DNA of 64,000 bases from positions 1 to 64,000 of the IMG/VR virus record IMGVR_UViG_3300037308_000440. One strand, written 5' to 3'. Position 1 is the stretch's first letter; each line of letters begins with the position of its first letter. Below the pieces are notes generated by a model. That model saw nothing but the letters and a program-made list of their open reading frames with translations, made no database searches and had not been told where the DNA came from. This stretch comes from a virus. Lineage: Duplodnaviria; Caudoviricetes. The position numbers and the translations under genes are program-made. This document shows, piece after piece, positions 38,039-48,307 of the stretch.

Positions 38039-39074
38039 CCCATAATTCAATATTTTTTTTACAAGTATTTTCAAATGAAAGTTCATTTTGAATTGCAACT
38101 TCAACTTCCTTTTTTAAAGTATCATAATTAAATAATGCAAGTTTTATTTTTTCTTCTATATTTTTTTGGTTAACTTCTACAACTCCTTTTTGTTTATAAT
38201 ATTTCAATAATCTTGTTTCTTCATTGATAATCAAAGGAGTTCCACTCATTAATATTTCAGTTGATACTCTTGGGCATCCATCTTGTAAATTACTTAAATT
38301 CAAACCGAATTTACTTCTATTTAAAAACATATTTAGTTCTGTTCTAGTTACTTTTCCAGTAAAGTGAATATTTTTAATTTTCTTTACTTCACACATTTTT
38401 TTGGCAACATCTTCTCTATTACCACAATGAACTATTTTCAAATCTCTCAATCCTACACTATCAGCTATAGTATTTAAGAATAATTCTTGCCCTTTATATC
38501 TGATTTGTTCAAAGTTGCAAGGCCAACATATATCCCATTCTTTATAGAACATTTCATTATTTATTTGATGAAAAATAGAAGGAGATGCAGTCTTATAAAA
38601 TGGAATATTATTATATTTACTAATTGGAAGAAAATCTCTTTCATCTTCCATTAAATAATAATCGTACACCCCTCCCCATTGACTAGTAATTCTTCTACCT
38701 GCTCCTAAATATAATTTTAATCCAAAATAACCAGGACGTTCTCTTGTAACATTATCATATTCTTTAAAACCGCCTCTAAAAAATGAAATATCTGGAGATT
38801 CATAATCAATACACTGAATAAAATTCGTTACCCATCTTTGAATATATTTCTTTCCATTAACATCAAAAACAATGTCATTTAATGGGATTGAAGATAGTCT
38901 CCAAATTGTTACTTCATTAAAATAGTCATTTTCTAATAACCACAAAGGAAGTAACATATAAAAATCATGACACCCCTCTTTAAAATTCTTTAAATCATGA
39001 TAGAATGGATCATGATAATATTCTAAAGTTTTTAAGTTTGATCTAAAGAGCCAAAATCTTCGCATATCATTCAA
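38016..39074 (-). CDS. GT-B (GT4-like) glycosyltransferase
   Basis: LKIVHCG, FTGKV, SKFGLNLS..DGCPRV.TE.L.SGTPLI. Confidence 0.75.
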   Translation of the reverse strand: MNDMRRFWLFRSNLKTLEYYHDPFYHDLKNFKEGCHDFYMLLPLWLLENDYFNEVTIWRLSSIPLNDIVFDVNGKKYIQRWVTNFIQCIDYESPDISFFRGGFKEYDNVTRERPGYFGLKLYLGAGRRITSQWGGVYDYYLMEDERDFLPISKYNNIPFYKTASPSIFHQINNEMFYKEWDICWPCNFEQIRYKGQELFLNTIADSVGLRDLKIVHCGNREDVAKKMCEVKKIKNIHFTGKVTRTELNMFLNRSKFGLNLSNLQDGCPRVSTEILMSGTPLIINEETRLLKYYKQKGVVEVNQKNIEEKIKLALFNYDTLKKEVEVAIQNELSFENTCKKNIELWEKIGVAR

Positions 39075-39924
39075 CGTCTAATAAAAACAAGCTTTCTTTT
39101 TTAACTGGTGCATACTTTTCAATTGATCTTTTCATAAGTTTATATCTATTTTTTTCTCCTTTAAATGCAGGTTTCAGAGTTTTAACATTTTTATGAAGGT
39201 CTTTCTTTTGTTCATCTGACATGCCTTTTATTGATTTGATTTGTTCTTTATTAGCTGCGGTTGATTGTTTCATGATTTCGCCTTCTCGTTTTTTAATGCT
39301 TCTTTTTGTTTGACTAGAAATATGTTCATCTTCTCCGCTATCTTTTCTAGCTTTTTCTAAAGGTTTAAGACCAAGTTTTTTACCATACATTTTCTTTCCA
39401 TATTTAGTTAATTCTTTTTCTTTTCTCAAAACTTCATCAGAAGCATGCCCTCCTGAAACACTTAAATTCGCTCCTTGTGGAGCAACTTGACCATGCTTCT
39501 TTTGAAATTTTTTCATAGATGATACTTCATCAGCTTCATGCCTTTTTATAATTGTTCCAAGACCTTGTTGTTTTTTCTTTAAGCCAGTAGCTACATGGAT
39601 TCTTCCTCTTCCTCCACCAGGTTGAACCTTAGCATGAGCTCCTAATGGATTTCTCATTGTTTCACCAGCTTTTACTCCATGAGCTTGAAATCCTGGCTGT
39701 CTTGAGGCTGCAACATCTGGTTTATGTTGAACTTTAGCACCCATTTTCTTTAATTTATTTTGAGTTCCCTTTTCAACTCCAGCAACCCATTGTCTAGCAG
39801 GTTTAACAAGTCCTGCTTTTTGAATTTTTCTAACGCTAGTATCACTTAATTTATCCTTTTGAAATTCTTTTTTCCATCTTGAAGCTTCTTGTAAATACAT
39901 TAGATACTCATCTATATTAATCAT
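39067..39924 (-). CDS. Basic hypothetical protein, possible internal virion protein
   Basis: Lys-rich; N-terminal DEYLMYLQEA; HEADE. Confidence 0.55.
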   Translation of the reverse strand: MINIDEYLMYLQEASRWKKEFQKDKLSDTSVRKIQKAGLVKPARQWVAGVEKGTQNKLKKMGAKVQHKPDVAASRQPGFQAHGVKAGETMRNPLGAHAKVQPGGGRGRIHVATGLKKKQQGLGTIIKRHEADEVSSMKKFQKKHGQVAPQGANLSVSGGHASDEVLRKEKELTKYGKKMYGKKLGLKPLEKARKDSGEDEHISSQTKRSIKKREGEIMKQSTAANKEQIKSIKGMSDEQKKDLHKNVKTLKPAFKGEKNRYKLMKRSIEKYAPVKKESLFLLDVE

Positions 39925-40102
39925 TTTTATCTCTCCTCTTTACAAATTTTTAATTCTACTTTATCTTTACATGGAGCGTTTTTATAAACTACTCTTTTCT
40001 TTTTCTTACAGTAGAGCCCGATAAAAGTTCTGCAGGATTTTGATCCATCTTGAATTTTATCGGGCCATTCTGCATATATACATTTAAGATCACAAAATTC
40101 CA

Positions 40103-41074
40103 TTATCTTATAACTCGTCCTCTCTTAATGTATGACTTTAATTTTTCTGTAGCAGATTTTACTTTAACTATATTTGGGGTTTGTTCTTTTCTAGCAACCT
40201 TTTGTAAATTCATATCTTTACACACCCAAGCATCTAACATATGATTATCAATATAATTATAACTAATATAACCATATCCTTTTTCACCCCAAGATTGAGA
40301 CCAACTATTTTTAAACTTAATCATTTTTCTTGAGTCATCATACCCAACTGCACAAATCGCATGGCCACCATAAATTTGACCAGAATTTTTAGGATCAGCT
40401 ACAACTCCATTTGAACCAACATTGAATATTTCTTCAAAACATAATATACCAATGGGAATAGGACCATAATTTGCTAATGCAGCTTTAAGTTCTAAACCAG
40501 TTGTGATTCTCCAATATGATGAAATTTTTAACCACTTTGCAATCCTAGCTGCCATCTTTGATGGTTTGCCAATTGTCGTTGCACTATAAGGCCATTCTTT
40601 TTCAAATGGAACTCCCTGATGTTGCAAAATTTTCATCGCATAACGAATTGAAGTTCCTTCTTCATTTGGCCAAGGATCAATTTTCTTACAATTGTAATAT
40701 ACCCATTGTTCAGATAAATCTTTAACTAACTTTGTATCCATAGCAGGTTTCTTTTTTGCTGATACAATTTCTAAACCATATTCTTTTATTTCTTGCCATT
40801 CTTTAACAGCTACAGTTGCAAATGCAACACAGCTTCCCAATTGTCCTTGATCTTTAACAGCAGACATATTATTTGAATAATCAATAGCAGTTGGTAATGT
40901 CAACATTAGACTTTCCATTTGAGTCTTTGTTGTTACCGGCATTGTAGCTTTAAATAAAAAATCTCTTTCATCTTGAGGATCTTTCTTATAACCCATTATA
41001 CTATTTTTATATGGAGATTCAACTGCTTTTAATAACTCCAAATTTGGTTTTACTTCTAAAATAACATTAGACAT
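40103..41074 (-). CDS. Papain-like (C1) cysteine peptidase
   Basis: DQGQLGSCVAFA, GGHAI..VGY, KNSW..WGEKGY. Confidence 0.9.
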   Translation of the reverse strand: MSNVILEVKPNLELLKAVESPYKNSIMGYKKDPQDERDFLFKATMPVTTKTQMESLMLTLPTAIDYSNNMSAVKDQGQLGSCVAFATVAVKEWQEIKEYGLEIVSAKKKPAMDTKLVKDLSEQWVYYNCKKIDPWPNEEGTSIRYAMKILQHQGVPFEKEWPYSATTIGKPSKMAARIAKWLKISSYWRITTGLELKAALANYGPIPIGILCFEEIFNVGSNGVVADPKNSGQIYGGHAICAVGYDDSRKMIKFKNSWSQSWGEKGYGYISYNYIDNHMLDAWVCKDMNLQKVARKEQTPNIVKVKSATEKLKSYIKRGRVIR

Positions 41075-41077
41075 ATT

Positions 41078-41524
41078 TTAATCCTCCAATTGTCTTAAAT
41101 AAATCTCTACTAAATTTTTCTTCATATAGTTTTCAATTACTTTAATATCATTAATATCTTTAGGACGTTTCATACATTGTTTCCATTCTAAAACATCCTG
41201 TAATGATTGAAAATGAAACCCATTAACAACTTTAGATCTTTTAAGATGATCTTCAACTTTATCTTTAACACACACAAATCTATGATCTGCTTCTATCAAA
41301 CCATCCTTTGTTTCCAGCATTTTTCCATTCGGAGAAAATCTAGAATCTTTAAGCATGTTATCATAAACTTTTTTTGTTACCCATAAATCAATATCATTAT
41401 TTTCTTTAAGTCCATAAAGGGCCATTGTTCCTGACCCTACTATAAGCATTTCATTTAATGGGTAACCTAGTTTTTTAAGTTTATTTATATGTTTTACATT
41501 TTTAATATTCATTAATACTCCCAT
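41078..41524 (-). CDS. Small nucleotidyltransferase-like protein
   Basis: IVGSGTMALYGL..DIDL; KRPKD..DI. Confidence 0.6.
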   Translation of the reverse strand: MGVLMNIKNVKHINKLKKLGYPLNEMLIVGSGTMALYGLKENNDIDLWVTKKVYDNMLKDSRFSPNGKMLETKDGLIEADHRFVCVKDKVEDHLKRSKVVNGFHFQSLQDVLEWKQCMKRPKDINDIKVIENYMKKNLVEIYLRQLED

Positions 41525-42528
41525 TCAGGAATCTGCTCTAATCTAACATCATATTTATTTACTTCTTTATCTAATCTTAATCTTTCAAATGATGGGTGTG
41601 AAAATGTTATAGATTTATGCATTCCTTTATGTTCATATTTATTTCCTTCAAATGTAAGTAAAGTAGTTGGAGTAATTCTATATCTAAAAAACTTAACTTC
41701 TATAACTAATTTTGGTTTAACACATATTTCACCATCTTTTTTATACAAAGCGTTTTCATTTAAATAGTTATAAAAATAGATTCTTTTCTCTTGTGTAAAT
41801 CCAGTTCCAATTTTTGATGAAGTCCTATATAATCCATTTCTATCTAGAAATGCAGTTGTTAAATATGAAACTTGCCCTTTCTTCCAAGCAGGGAGCCCCT
41901 CTTTTCCACCACCTGTTACTACTAAATCAACTGTTCCTGTGAATTTAACCTTATAATTTTTTCCGTTAATTTCTCTAGCGACAACTCCATCAAAACCAGT
42001 TTGATTTGAAACTAAACTATACAACAATCTAAAATCATCAATCCCGCCTTGTATTGTCTTTAATGTTCGTATATGTTCAGACATATTTTTGAAATTCTTT
42101 TGAATAAAAGCGGATGCCTTTTTGAAATCATAAGAGTTATCATTAATAGAAACAATATCATAAGGATAATGATATACTAAAGGTTTATTTTGTTCTAGAT
42201 AAGATTTTTTAATAATACTTTGTGCATCATTAAATGGCAAGATAGTATTATTTTTGACGGCTACCATCTCACCAGGAATTAATGCTTGTTTAATATCATT
42301 TTTTTCAAAGAAAGTTTTATATTCATTCAAAACAGGCAATTCATCAAAGTAATGTCCTGTAGTAGATTGAAACTTTAAACTATGTCTATCATAAATTAAT
42401 AATCCCAACATACTATCAATCTTTTCAATAAAAATTCCTGATGCAGTCGGGTATTCAGTTACAAATTCTTCATATGATACTTGTTGTAAATTCAGTTTCT
42501 TCTTCCATTCTAAAGCGTAGTTTATCAT
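41512..42528 (-). CDS. ATP-dependent DNA ligase (LigD ligase-domain-like)
   Basis: EKIDS (motif I variant), YDIV, DGVVAR, YKVK, OB fold SKIGTGF, HPSFERLRLDK. Confidence 0.75.
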   Translation of the reverse strand: MINYALEWKKKLNLQQVSYEEFVTEYPTASGIFIEKIDSMLGLLIYDRHSLKFQSTTGHYFDELPVLNEYKTFFEKNDIKQALIPGEMVAVKNNTILPFNDAQSIIKKSYLEQNKPLVYHYPYDIVSINDNSYDFKKASAFIQKNFKNMSEHIRTLKTIQGGIDDFRLLYSLVSNQTGFDGVVAREINGKNYKVKFTGTVDLVVTGGGKEGLPAWKKGQVSYLTTAFLDRNGLYRTSSKIGTGFTQEKRIYFYNYLNENALYKKDGEICVKPKLVIEVKFFRYRITPTTLLTFEGNKYEHKGMHKSITFSHPSFERLRLDKEVNKYDVRLEQIPEWEY

Positions 42529-42668
42529 TCAAGTCTCCTAATTAATACTTCGTGAAAACCAGACATTCAACATCGGCCAAAGTATATATAAAACACCACC
42601 AGCAAATACAACTAAACTAACTCCCAATCCGACAAGAAACCCTTTAACAAATTGCATTTAAACCTCCG

Positions 42669-43361
42669 TTATATTCTAGCCATTCTTGGATCAAATTTAA
42701 GTAAGTCTCTATATGGAATATCCATACAGCGCAATCCCAATATTGATAGTGAATATAAACTTATATAATTCCCTCTAATCTTATTTGGATGCAAATCTAA
42801 ATTTGGAACCCCAGGTGTTCGCTTTCCTGATACAGTATAGGCTCTAACGAGCGGAGAGCTTCTTAGGAAGGTTTCTAATAAGTGCCTTATTGTGTCAACC
42901 TTCATCTTTCTTTCAAAGTCACAGACGATGTGAAACGATGTCTTACCTGTAAATCGTATTGATACCTTCTTAACAACAGGAACTTTATCCATTATATAAT
43001 CATAAGTATCTAATGTAACTTTCTTTGCCCATCTGAAACCATCAGTTGGGTCTACGTCAATATCAATTATTCCGAACTCTTCATATTGGCGCATAGCAGA
43101 ATGGATACTAACTGTTCTTCCAGTAATAATAGAATTGTAGTTTTGAGGAGTTAATCTAATATAACTTTCTCCTGCCTTTCTTTTAGCAATGAATTTATTC
43201 TCTTCAACTGCAATAAAAAACATTAGATCTTTTAATTTAGTTTCATCTAATAGAGGATGTTTAACACTTTGATAGTAATCCCAAATTTGCTGTTCAGTTA
43301 ATCCCTTCGGATAAAATTGATTTCTAACAACAATAGTTTGAGGATTTTGTGGAATTGACAT
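42669..43361 (-). CDS. Archaeo-eukaryotic primase / LigD polymerase-domain-like protein
   Basis: IIDIDVDP, FTGKTSFHI, DLHPN..GNY.SLYSL. Confidence 0.75.
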   Translation of the reverse strand: MSIPQNPQTIVVRNQFYPKGLTEQQIWDYYQSVKHPLLDETKLKDLMFFIAVEENKFIAKRKAGESYIRLTPQNYNSIITGRTVSIHSAMRQYEEFGIIDIDVDPTDGFRWAKKVTLDTYDYIMDKVPVVKKVSIRFTGKTSFHIVCDFERKMKVDTIRHLLETFLRSSPLVRAYTVSGKRTPGVPNLDLHPNKIRGNYISLYSLSILGLRCMDIPYRDLLKFDPRMARI

Positions 43362-43453
43362 TTAGTTAAGTCTCCAAACGATATTCATTATAAGTTTGTT
43401 CTAAAGTATATATATTAATACTTGAATACAAATCTCACGGAAGGAGGATTTTT

Positions 43454-43723
43454 ATGCCAGTTTCAAGACAAAGCAGAAATGCAAGAGGATTGTTTTCAGG
43501 ATGTGGCCGATATGGTTACAGCAACAATGGATCTGGGAAGTGGCTAGACATCGAAAAAATCGGTGTCAGCCAGATTCCAACCAACCTCAAAAACCTTTTG
43601 GCTCTCCTGATAAACAAAAGTCGGGAAAAGGGAGAAGAGCTGATTCTTGAGTACTACAGGAGAGGACTAATCAACAGCGCCGAGTTTGATATTGCTGTTG
43701 ATAGCCTAAAGCCAAAAAGATGA
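43454..43723 (+). CDS. Hypothetical protein in a + strand island
   Basis: AAGGAGG RBS, motif B upstream, terminator downstream. Confidence 0.7.
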   Translation: MPVSRQSRNARGLFSGCGRYGYSNNGSGKWLDIEKIGVSQIPTNLKNLLALLINKSREKGEELILEYYRRGLINSAEFDIAVDSLKPKR

Positions 43724-43729
43724 TCGTGG

Positions 43730-43767
43730 GGAAGCGAAGAAGTCAGGCCGAAACCTTCTTCGCTTCC
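43730..43767. terminator. Hairpin between convergent genes
   Basis: GGAAGCGAAGAAG/CTTCTTCGCTTCC 13-bp stem. Confidence 0.7.
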
Positions 43768-44275
43768 AGAAACTCAAGTTTGATGAGCATATCTAATTTT
43801 TTCTCTTGGAGCTTCGTCAGTGAATGTTATGCCAACAAGCTCCTCCATTCTAGATCCACATTTTGGGCATGTGTCAAGTTTATCTTTTGAAGTCTCAACG
43901 TTATCGCATCTAGTACAACTATACAACTTTTTGCTCATTTTTAAACCTTTTGTCTCCTTTTATTTTTTTGTTCTAAATTTATAATTTACGTTCTTAAATT
44001 ATAAATTTGTTGTAACCCTATTTTTAACTTTGAACCAACTGTAAATGGATGTTGTAGTTTTAAATTTGTAATTACTACTCCAATAATGAAACACTCACAA
44101 ACATCTGTAACAACAACCCAGAATCTTTCACTACCTTGATTAGCTTCAACATAATTTCCTACTTGAACCTGATCAATACTCTGGATGCATTTCGGGGATT
44201 CTTTACAAGAATATTCTCTAGATAAATCCCATGCATTAATACAATCTTCACAGTCATAGTCAAATTCTTTACAGG

Positions 44276-44959
44276 TCATACTAGTTCTCCATTCAAAAAA
44301 TTTGAAATAATAGATTTTATTAATCCAGAATCTCTCATCTCTTTAACTACTTTATGATTAGAACTATCTAAAGGATAAAGTTCTACATTTTTAAAATGCG
44401 AAATTCGTTCTACATATTTTTTATCACATTCATTGTGTTCTCCGTAATAAATTTTATATTTAGTATAATTATTATTATATCTTTCTAAAATAACTTTTAA
44501 ATCAGTTTCTTCTTTATTAATATTTAATCCTCTAAATTTTTCATTCAATCTATGTTTCTTGTATCTATAATTACTTAAATAAGTTTGTGGGGCAATTGCA
44601 ACTACTAAATCTAAATTACAAAGACACCCAAATAAAATTGAACCATAGCCGCCTAAAGAACTACCAATAACCATAGTTTTTTTAACATTAGCTTTAATTA
44701 TCTCTTTTTTAAGAAATTTAGAAACTACATGAGGACCTATTCCATCTAAACCTTCAAACCTTGTTTGCCACCACGCATAATCATTATCTTTAACAAATAA
44801 TTTTTTAAATTTAAAAGTATCGGAAATATTATTAGTGAGATTGCCCCACTCAAATTTTCCTGGTTTAATATCTCCTGTAATTGGATTATAAACTAAAGAT
44901 GTCAATGCTATAACTAATGAATCACTATCAATATCAAAATCTTCTTTAATCCAATTCAT
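44276..44959 (-). CDS. Alpha/beta hydrolase
   Basis: Nucleophile elbow GSSLGGYGS; Y.G..CD; late His (NHK). Confidence 0.75.
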   Translation of the reverse strand: MNWIKEDFDIDSDSLVIALTSLVYNPITGDIKPGKFEWGNLTNNISDTFKFKKLFVKDNDYAWWQTRFEGLDGIGPHVVSKFLKKEIIKANVKKTMVIGSSLGGYGSILFGCLCNLDLVVAIAPQTYLSNYRYKKHRLNEKFRGLNINKEETDLKVILERYNNNYTKYKIYYGEHNECDKKYVERISHFKNVELYPLDSSNHKVVKEMRDSGLIKSIISNFLNGELV

Positions 44960-45564
44960 TTTATTCCCAGCCAGATATCATAAACCTTATTCATTTTATC
45001 AGTTTCTTTTAAGTGTTGAAACTGATCTCTCAAATCTCTTAAAACACTAAAATTAGTTATCCCCTCATTTTTAAACCTAGTTAGCATTTGTTCTTTTAAA
45101 TATTCTTTTCCTGGAATTTTAAGAACATCAAATGTTATAATAACTTTTTTCAATTTATGAAACTCTCCAGAATCTAATAAATCATTTAAAACTTCTATTT
45201 CAGCTCCCTCTATATTAATTTTTGCATATATTTCATCTAAAGTACTTAAATTATCTTTAAACCAATTAGAAGCTTTTATAAATTTACACCTTTCAGTTCT
45301 ATTGTTAGGATGCGAAACTAGTTTCTCTTTAAAAATACTAGAACCAACATTACCAGGATTATACATTATCTTCTTACATGACTCAGAAAAAAGTCCATAT
45401 TCATTTAATACAATTTTTTTATCATCTCGTTTAATTTTTCTTAACTTTAAATGATTTTCTTTTATTGGTTCGAAACAATAAATTTTATCAAACGCATATT
45501 TTTTCTGGCAGATAATCACCAATGTTTCACCATGATGTGAACCAATATCTAAAAAGATTTTCAT
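44956..45564 (-). CDS. FkbM-family methyltransferase
   Basis: FLDIGSHHG, CFEP, KINIEGAE. Confidence 0.9.
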   Translation of the reverse strand: MKIFLDIGSHHGETLVIICQKKYAFDKIYCFEPIKENHLKLRKIKRDDKKIVLNEYGLFSESCKKIMYNPGNVGSSIFKEKLVSHPNNRTERCKFIKASNWFKDNLSTLDEIYAKINIEGAEIEVLNDLLDSGEFHKLKKVIITFDVLKIPGKEYLKEQMLTRFKNEGITNFSVLRDLRDQFQHLKETDKMNKVYDIWLGIK

Positions 45565-45573
45565 TTCAGTCTC

Positions 45574-46308
45574 CTAATAATTATGCGAATCAAATTTTCC
45601 ATCGCTAACTACTATATATTTATGAACTTTTTCTCTAGATTTTTTCAAATTCATCTTCTTTTTCCAGTCATTACCAATATCTTGATAAATAGAAGAATGA
45701 GGGTATAAACTAAATTTCCATTGATATAAAAACATCTTACAAAATTCTTTTTTTGAATATCTAAATTGTTTCTCTATATTTTTCTTATTATTAATAAAAT
45801 TCAACGACCCCTTAATAAAACTATTTCTTATAAGATGTGGTCTAGTACCAAAACAAGAACCATAATCTTCTGTTATAAACAATCCTTTATCTAAATGCCA
45901 TTTAACATAATAGAAAATTTTATCTTTAACTTTAATTTTATGCGAAGGAAAACTAATTGATGCAACATCTGGTCTTTTTTCTAATTGTTCAATACACCAA
46001 TCTAAATCTACTTTTCTTAGTAATAATTTGTCATCTTCCCAATGTAAAAAATAATTTGATTCTGCTGAGTTCCAAAGCCATAAAACTGCATTTTCAAATG
46101 AAGCTTCAATATTATACTTTGGAATAGTGAAAAAATATTTTGAAGCTAGTTTATATATTTCTTTAGATTTGATCTTTGAACCAATAGGATCTATACTTAA
46201 AAATAATCTAATATCGCCACTAAACTTTAAGTTTTTCTTTAAACTAGAAAGAGTTTCTTCAATAACTTCTGGCCTTAGAAGCGAAGTCATAGTTATATCT
46301 AATTGCAT
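45574..46308 (-). CDS. GT-A (GT2-like) glycosyltransferase
   Basis: SLLRP, YFLHWEDD, PHLIR. Confidence 0.75.
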   Translation of the reverse strand: MQLDITMTSLLRPEVIEETLSSLKKNLKFSGDIRLFLSIDPIGSKIKSKEIYKLASKYFFTIPKYNIEASFENAVLWLWNSAESNYFLHWEDDKLLLRKVDLDWCIEQLEKRPDVASISFPSHKIKVKDKIFYYVKWHLDKGLFITEDYGSCFGTRPHLIRNSFIKGSLNFINNKKNIEKQFRYSKKEFCKMFLYQWKFSLYPHSSIYQDIGNDWKKKMNLKKSREKVHKYIVVSDGKFDSHNY

Positions 46309-46310
46309 AA

Positions 46311-47489
46311 TTATCCTATCTTAAAAAGATGCCTAGAACCACCATGCTTATTAGTTGTTCTTATAAAAGAAACTTTTTTATTTGTTAATGAATTAAGATA
46401 TTCTTTAATAACTTCTTTTGAAGTAAATTTTTTAACTAAAAATTTTCCATTACTTTCAAGACCTGCTGTTTGAAAAAACATTTCTTTGCTATTTTCAATA
46501 AGTTTTTTCATAATTAAATCAACATTATTACCAAATTGTTTATATAACCACATATGAACATTCATACATATTACTAAATCTACTTTATCAAATTCAGTTT
46601 CAGTATTCAAACCATTAATAAATTTAACACTATCAAGTCTAAAAATATTTTTCAAATTATTTAAAAAATTGAATAATAAAGGATCTGCTTCATAACCTAT
46701 AGCTACCTTTAAGTTATATTTTCTTAAAAAATTAAATAAAGAATACGCTGATGCACATCCAATGTCAATAACTGATGAAATTGGGTTATTAATTAATTCA
46801 TCCATCTCTTTAAACTCATTTGAAATATCTCGTTGATACTTAATATCTCTAAAATAAGGCAAATCTATCATTTGATATGTCATTCCCACTTTACTCATTG
46901 ACCCATCATAATATTTTTTTCCAAACTCTTTAATAGTTTTTTTAAGTAAAGATATTTCTAAATTTATCTTAGAATATAACTTATCAATCTCGTTTTTAAT
47001 TTTTTCAATAGCTTCTTTGTCATTAGTACCATAAATAGGATTTAATCCACCAGAAGGTATTTGAGTATTAATATCAAAAGTAGCCCAATAAAAATCTATA
47101 AGTTTTAAACTTTTTTCTTCCTCACTAAAAAGTATATTTCCAGGATTTATATCTCTATGATATATTTTTTTAGTTTGTAAAACTTTATATATTTCATCTA
47201 ATTGTTTTTTTATAGTTTCAGGAGATAAAGTAAATAAAACTCTTCTTAAATTATTTTCAAATATTTCCCTTTTATTTCCTAAAGAGTTAGAATACTTTTT
47301 CATTACATAACTTTTTTCAGATAAATTTATATCATAAATTAATGGAGAATATTCATTATCTTTAGAAAACTTTTCTAAACATTTAATCTCATTCTCAAAA
47401 GTAGAATATTTATTTTTGGGATTTGTAACATCATATTTTTTAATAACATTATTTTCATTAAAAATTATTTGTGCTTGAGTCATATCCAT
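46311..47489 (-). CDS. Kinase + class I SAM methyltransferase fusion
   Basis: HRDINPGNILF..LIDF; VIDIGCASAY..GYE..DLVICMNV. Confidence 0.8.
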   Translation of the reverse strand: MDMTQAQIIFNENNVIKKYDVTNPKNKYSTFENEIKCLEKFSKDNEYSPLIYDINLSEKSYVMKKYSNSLGNKREIFENNLRRVLFTLSPETIKKQLDEIYKVLQTKKIYHRDINPGNILFSEEEKSLKLIDFYWATFDINTQIPSGGLNPIYGTNDKEAIEKIKNEIDKLYSKINLEISLLKKTIKEFGKKYYDGSMSKVGMTYQMIDLPYFRDIKYQRDISNEFKEMDELINNPISSVIDIGCASAYSLFNFLRKYNLKVAIGYEADPLLFNFLNNLKNIFRLDSVKFINGLNTETEFDKVDLVICMNVHMWLYKQFGNNVDLIMKKLIENSKEMFFQTAGLESNGKFLVKKFTSKEVIKEYLNSLTNKKVSFIRTTNKHGGSRHLFKIG

Positions 47490-48307
47490 TCCTCATATTT
47501 TTTACCCTCTTCAGTTAACACTAACTCTAAAGGAGAATATAAACTAAAATTAACAAAAGGTTCAAGTCTTGGATGTAAATATTTTTGTAACCAAAGTTCA
47601 ATAACATATCCTATATCAATTGTTCTTCCGCCTTCTTCTTTTATAACTCCAGAATAAATTCTTCCCAACTCTCCAGCAGCGACTAACCAAAAATCATAAT
47701 ATCTAGCATATTTTTTTATATATTTAATAGTTTCATTAAATGAGTTAATATATTGATTTTGATTATGTCCTACTACTCTTTTAATATTAGTATCATAACC
47801 AAAATGGTTCATCAACTTAATTATTTCTCTTCTTACTGCAATAAAGCAAACATTTCTTCCTTTCATAACATCTAATAAATTTCTTTTACCAAATCTTCTT
47901 AAAATCATTAAATAATTAGATTCAGGATTACAATAATTATCGTTAAAAAATTCCGCCCTGTCATAAAGTTCTTTCCACATCTCAAGCCTTTGTCTTGTAT
48001 GTTCGCTTATTTGTTTATCAAATCTTTTAACACGAGGCCAAAATTTTCCATTTAAATAAACTTGTGGTGTATCAATAAAATCAGCTTGTCTTGCATAATA
48101 AGCCCAAAGTTCCATTGTTTCAACTATTTGATCCTTTGGTAATCCTTCCTTGGGGACAATATCATTTAATTGTCTTTTGTCATTATATATAATTCCATGT
48201 AAATATTTAATTCCACCATCTCCAAATCTTATATGTGAAAATGGTAACTTATATTGGATACAATTCTCAAGTTTATTAAGAATATCATCCACAGTATGAA
48301 TAATCAT
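47480..48307 (-). CDS. GT-D-fold-like glycosyltransferase
   Basis: SHIRFGDGG, LVAAG.LG, IDIG. Confidence 0.7.
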   Translation of the reverse strand: MIIHTVDDILNKLENCIQYKLPFSHIRFGDGGIKYLHGIIYNDKRQLNDIVPKEGLPKDQIVETMELWAYYARQADFIDTPQVYLNGKFWPRVKRFDKQISEHTRQRLEMWKELYDRAEFFNDNYCNPESNYLMILRRFGKRNLLDVMKGRNVCFIAVRREIIKLMNHFGYDTNIKRVVGHNQNQYINSFNETIKYIKKYARYYDFWLVAAGELGRIYSGVIKEEGGRTIDIGYVIELWLQKYLHPRLEPFVNFSLYSPLELVLTEEGKKYEEWI

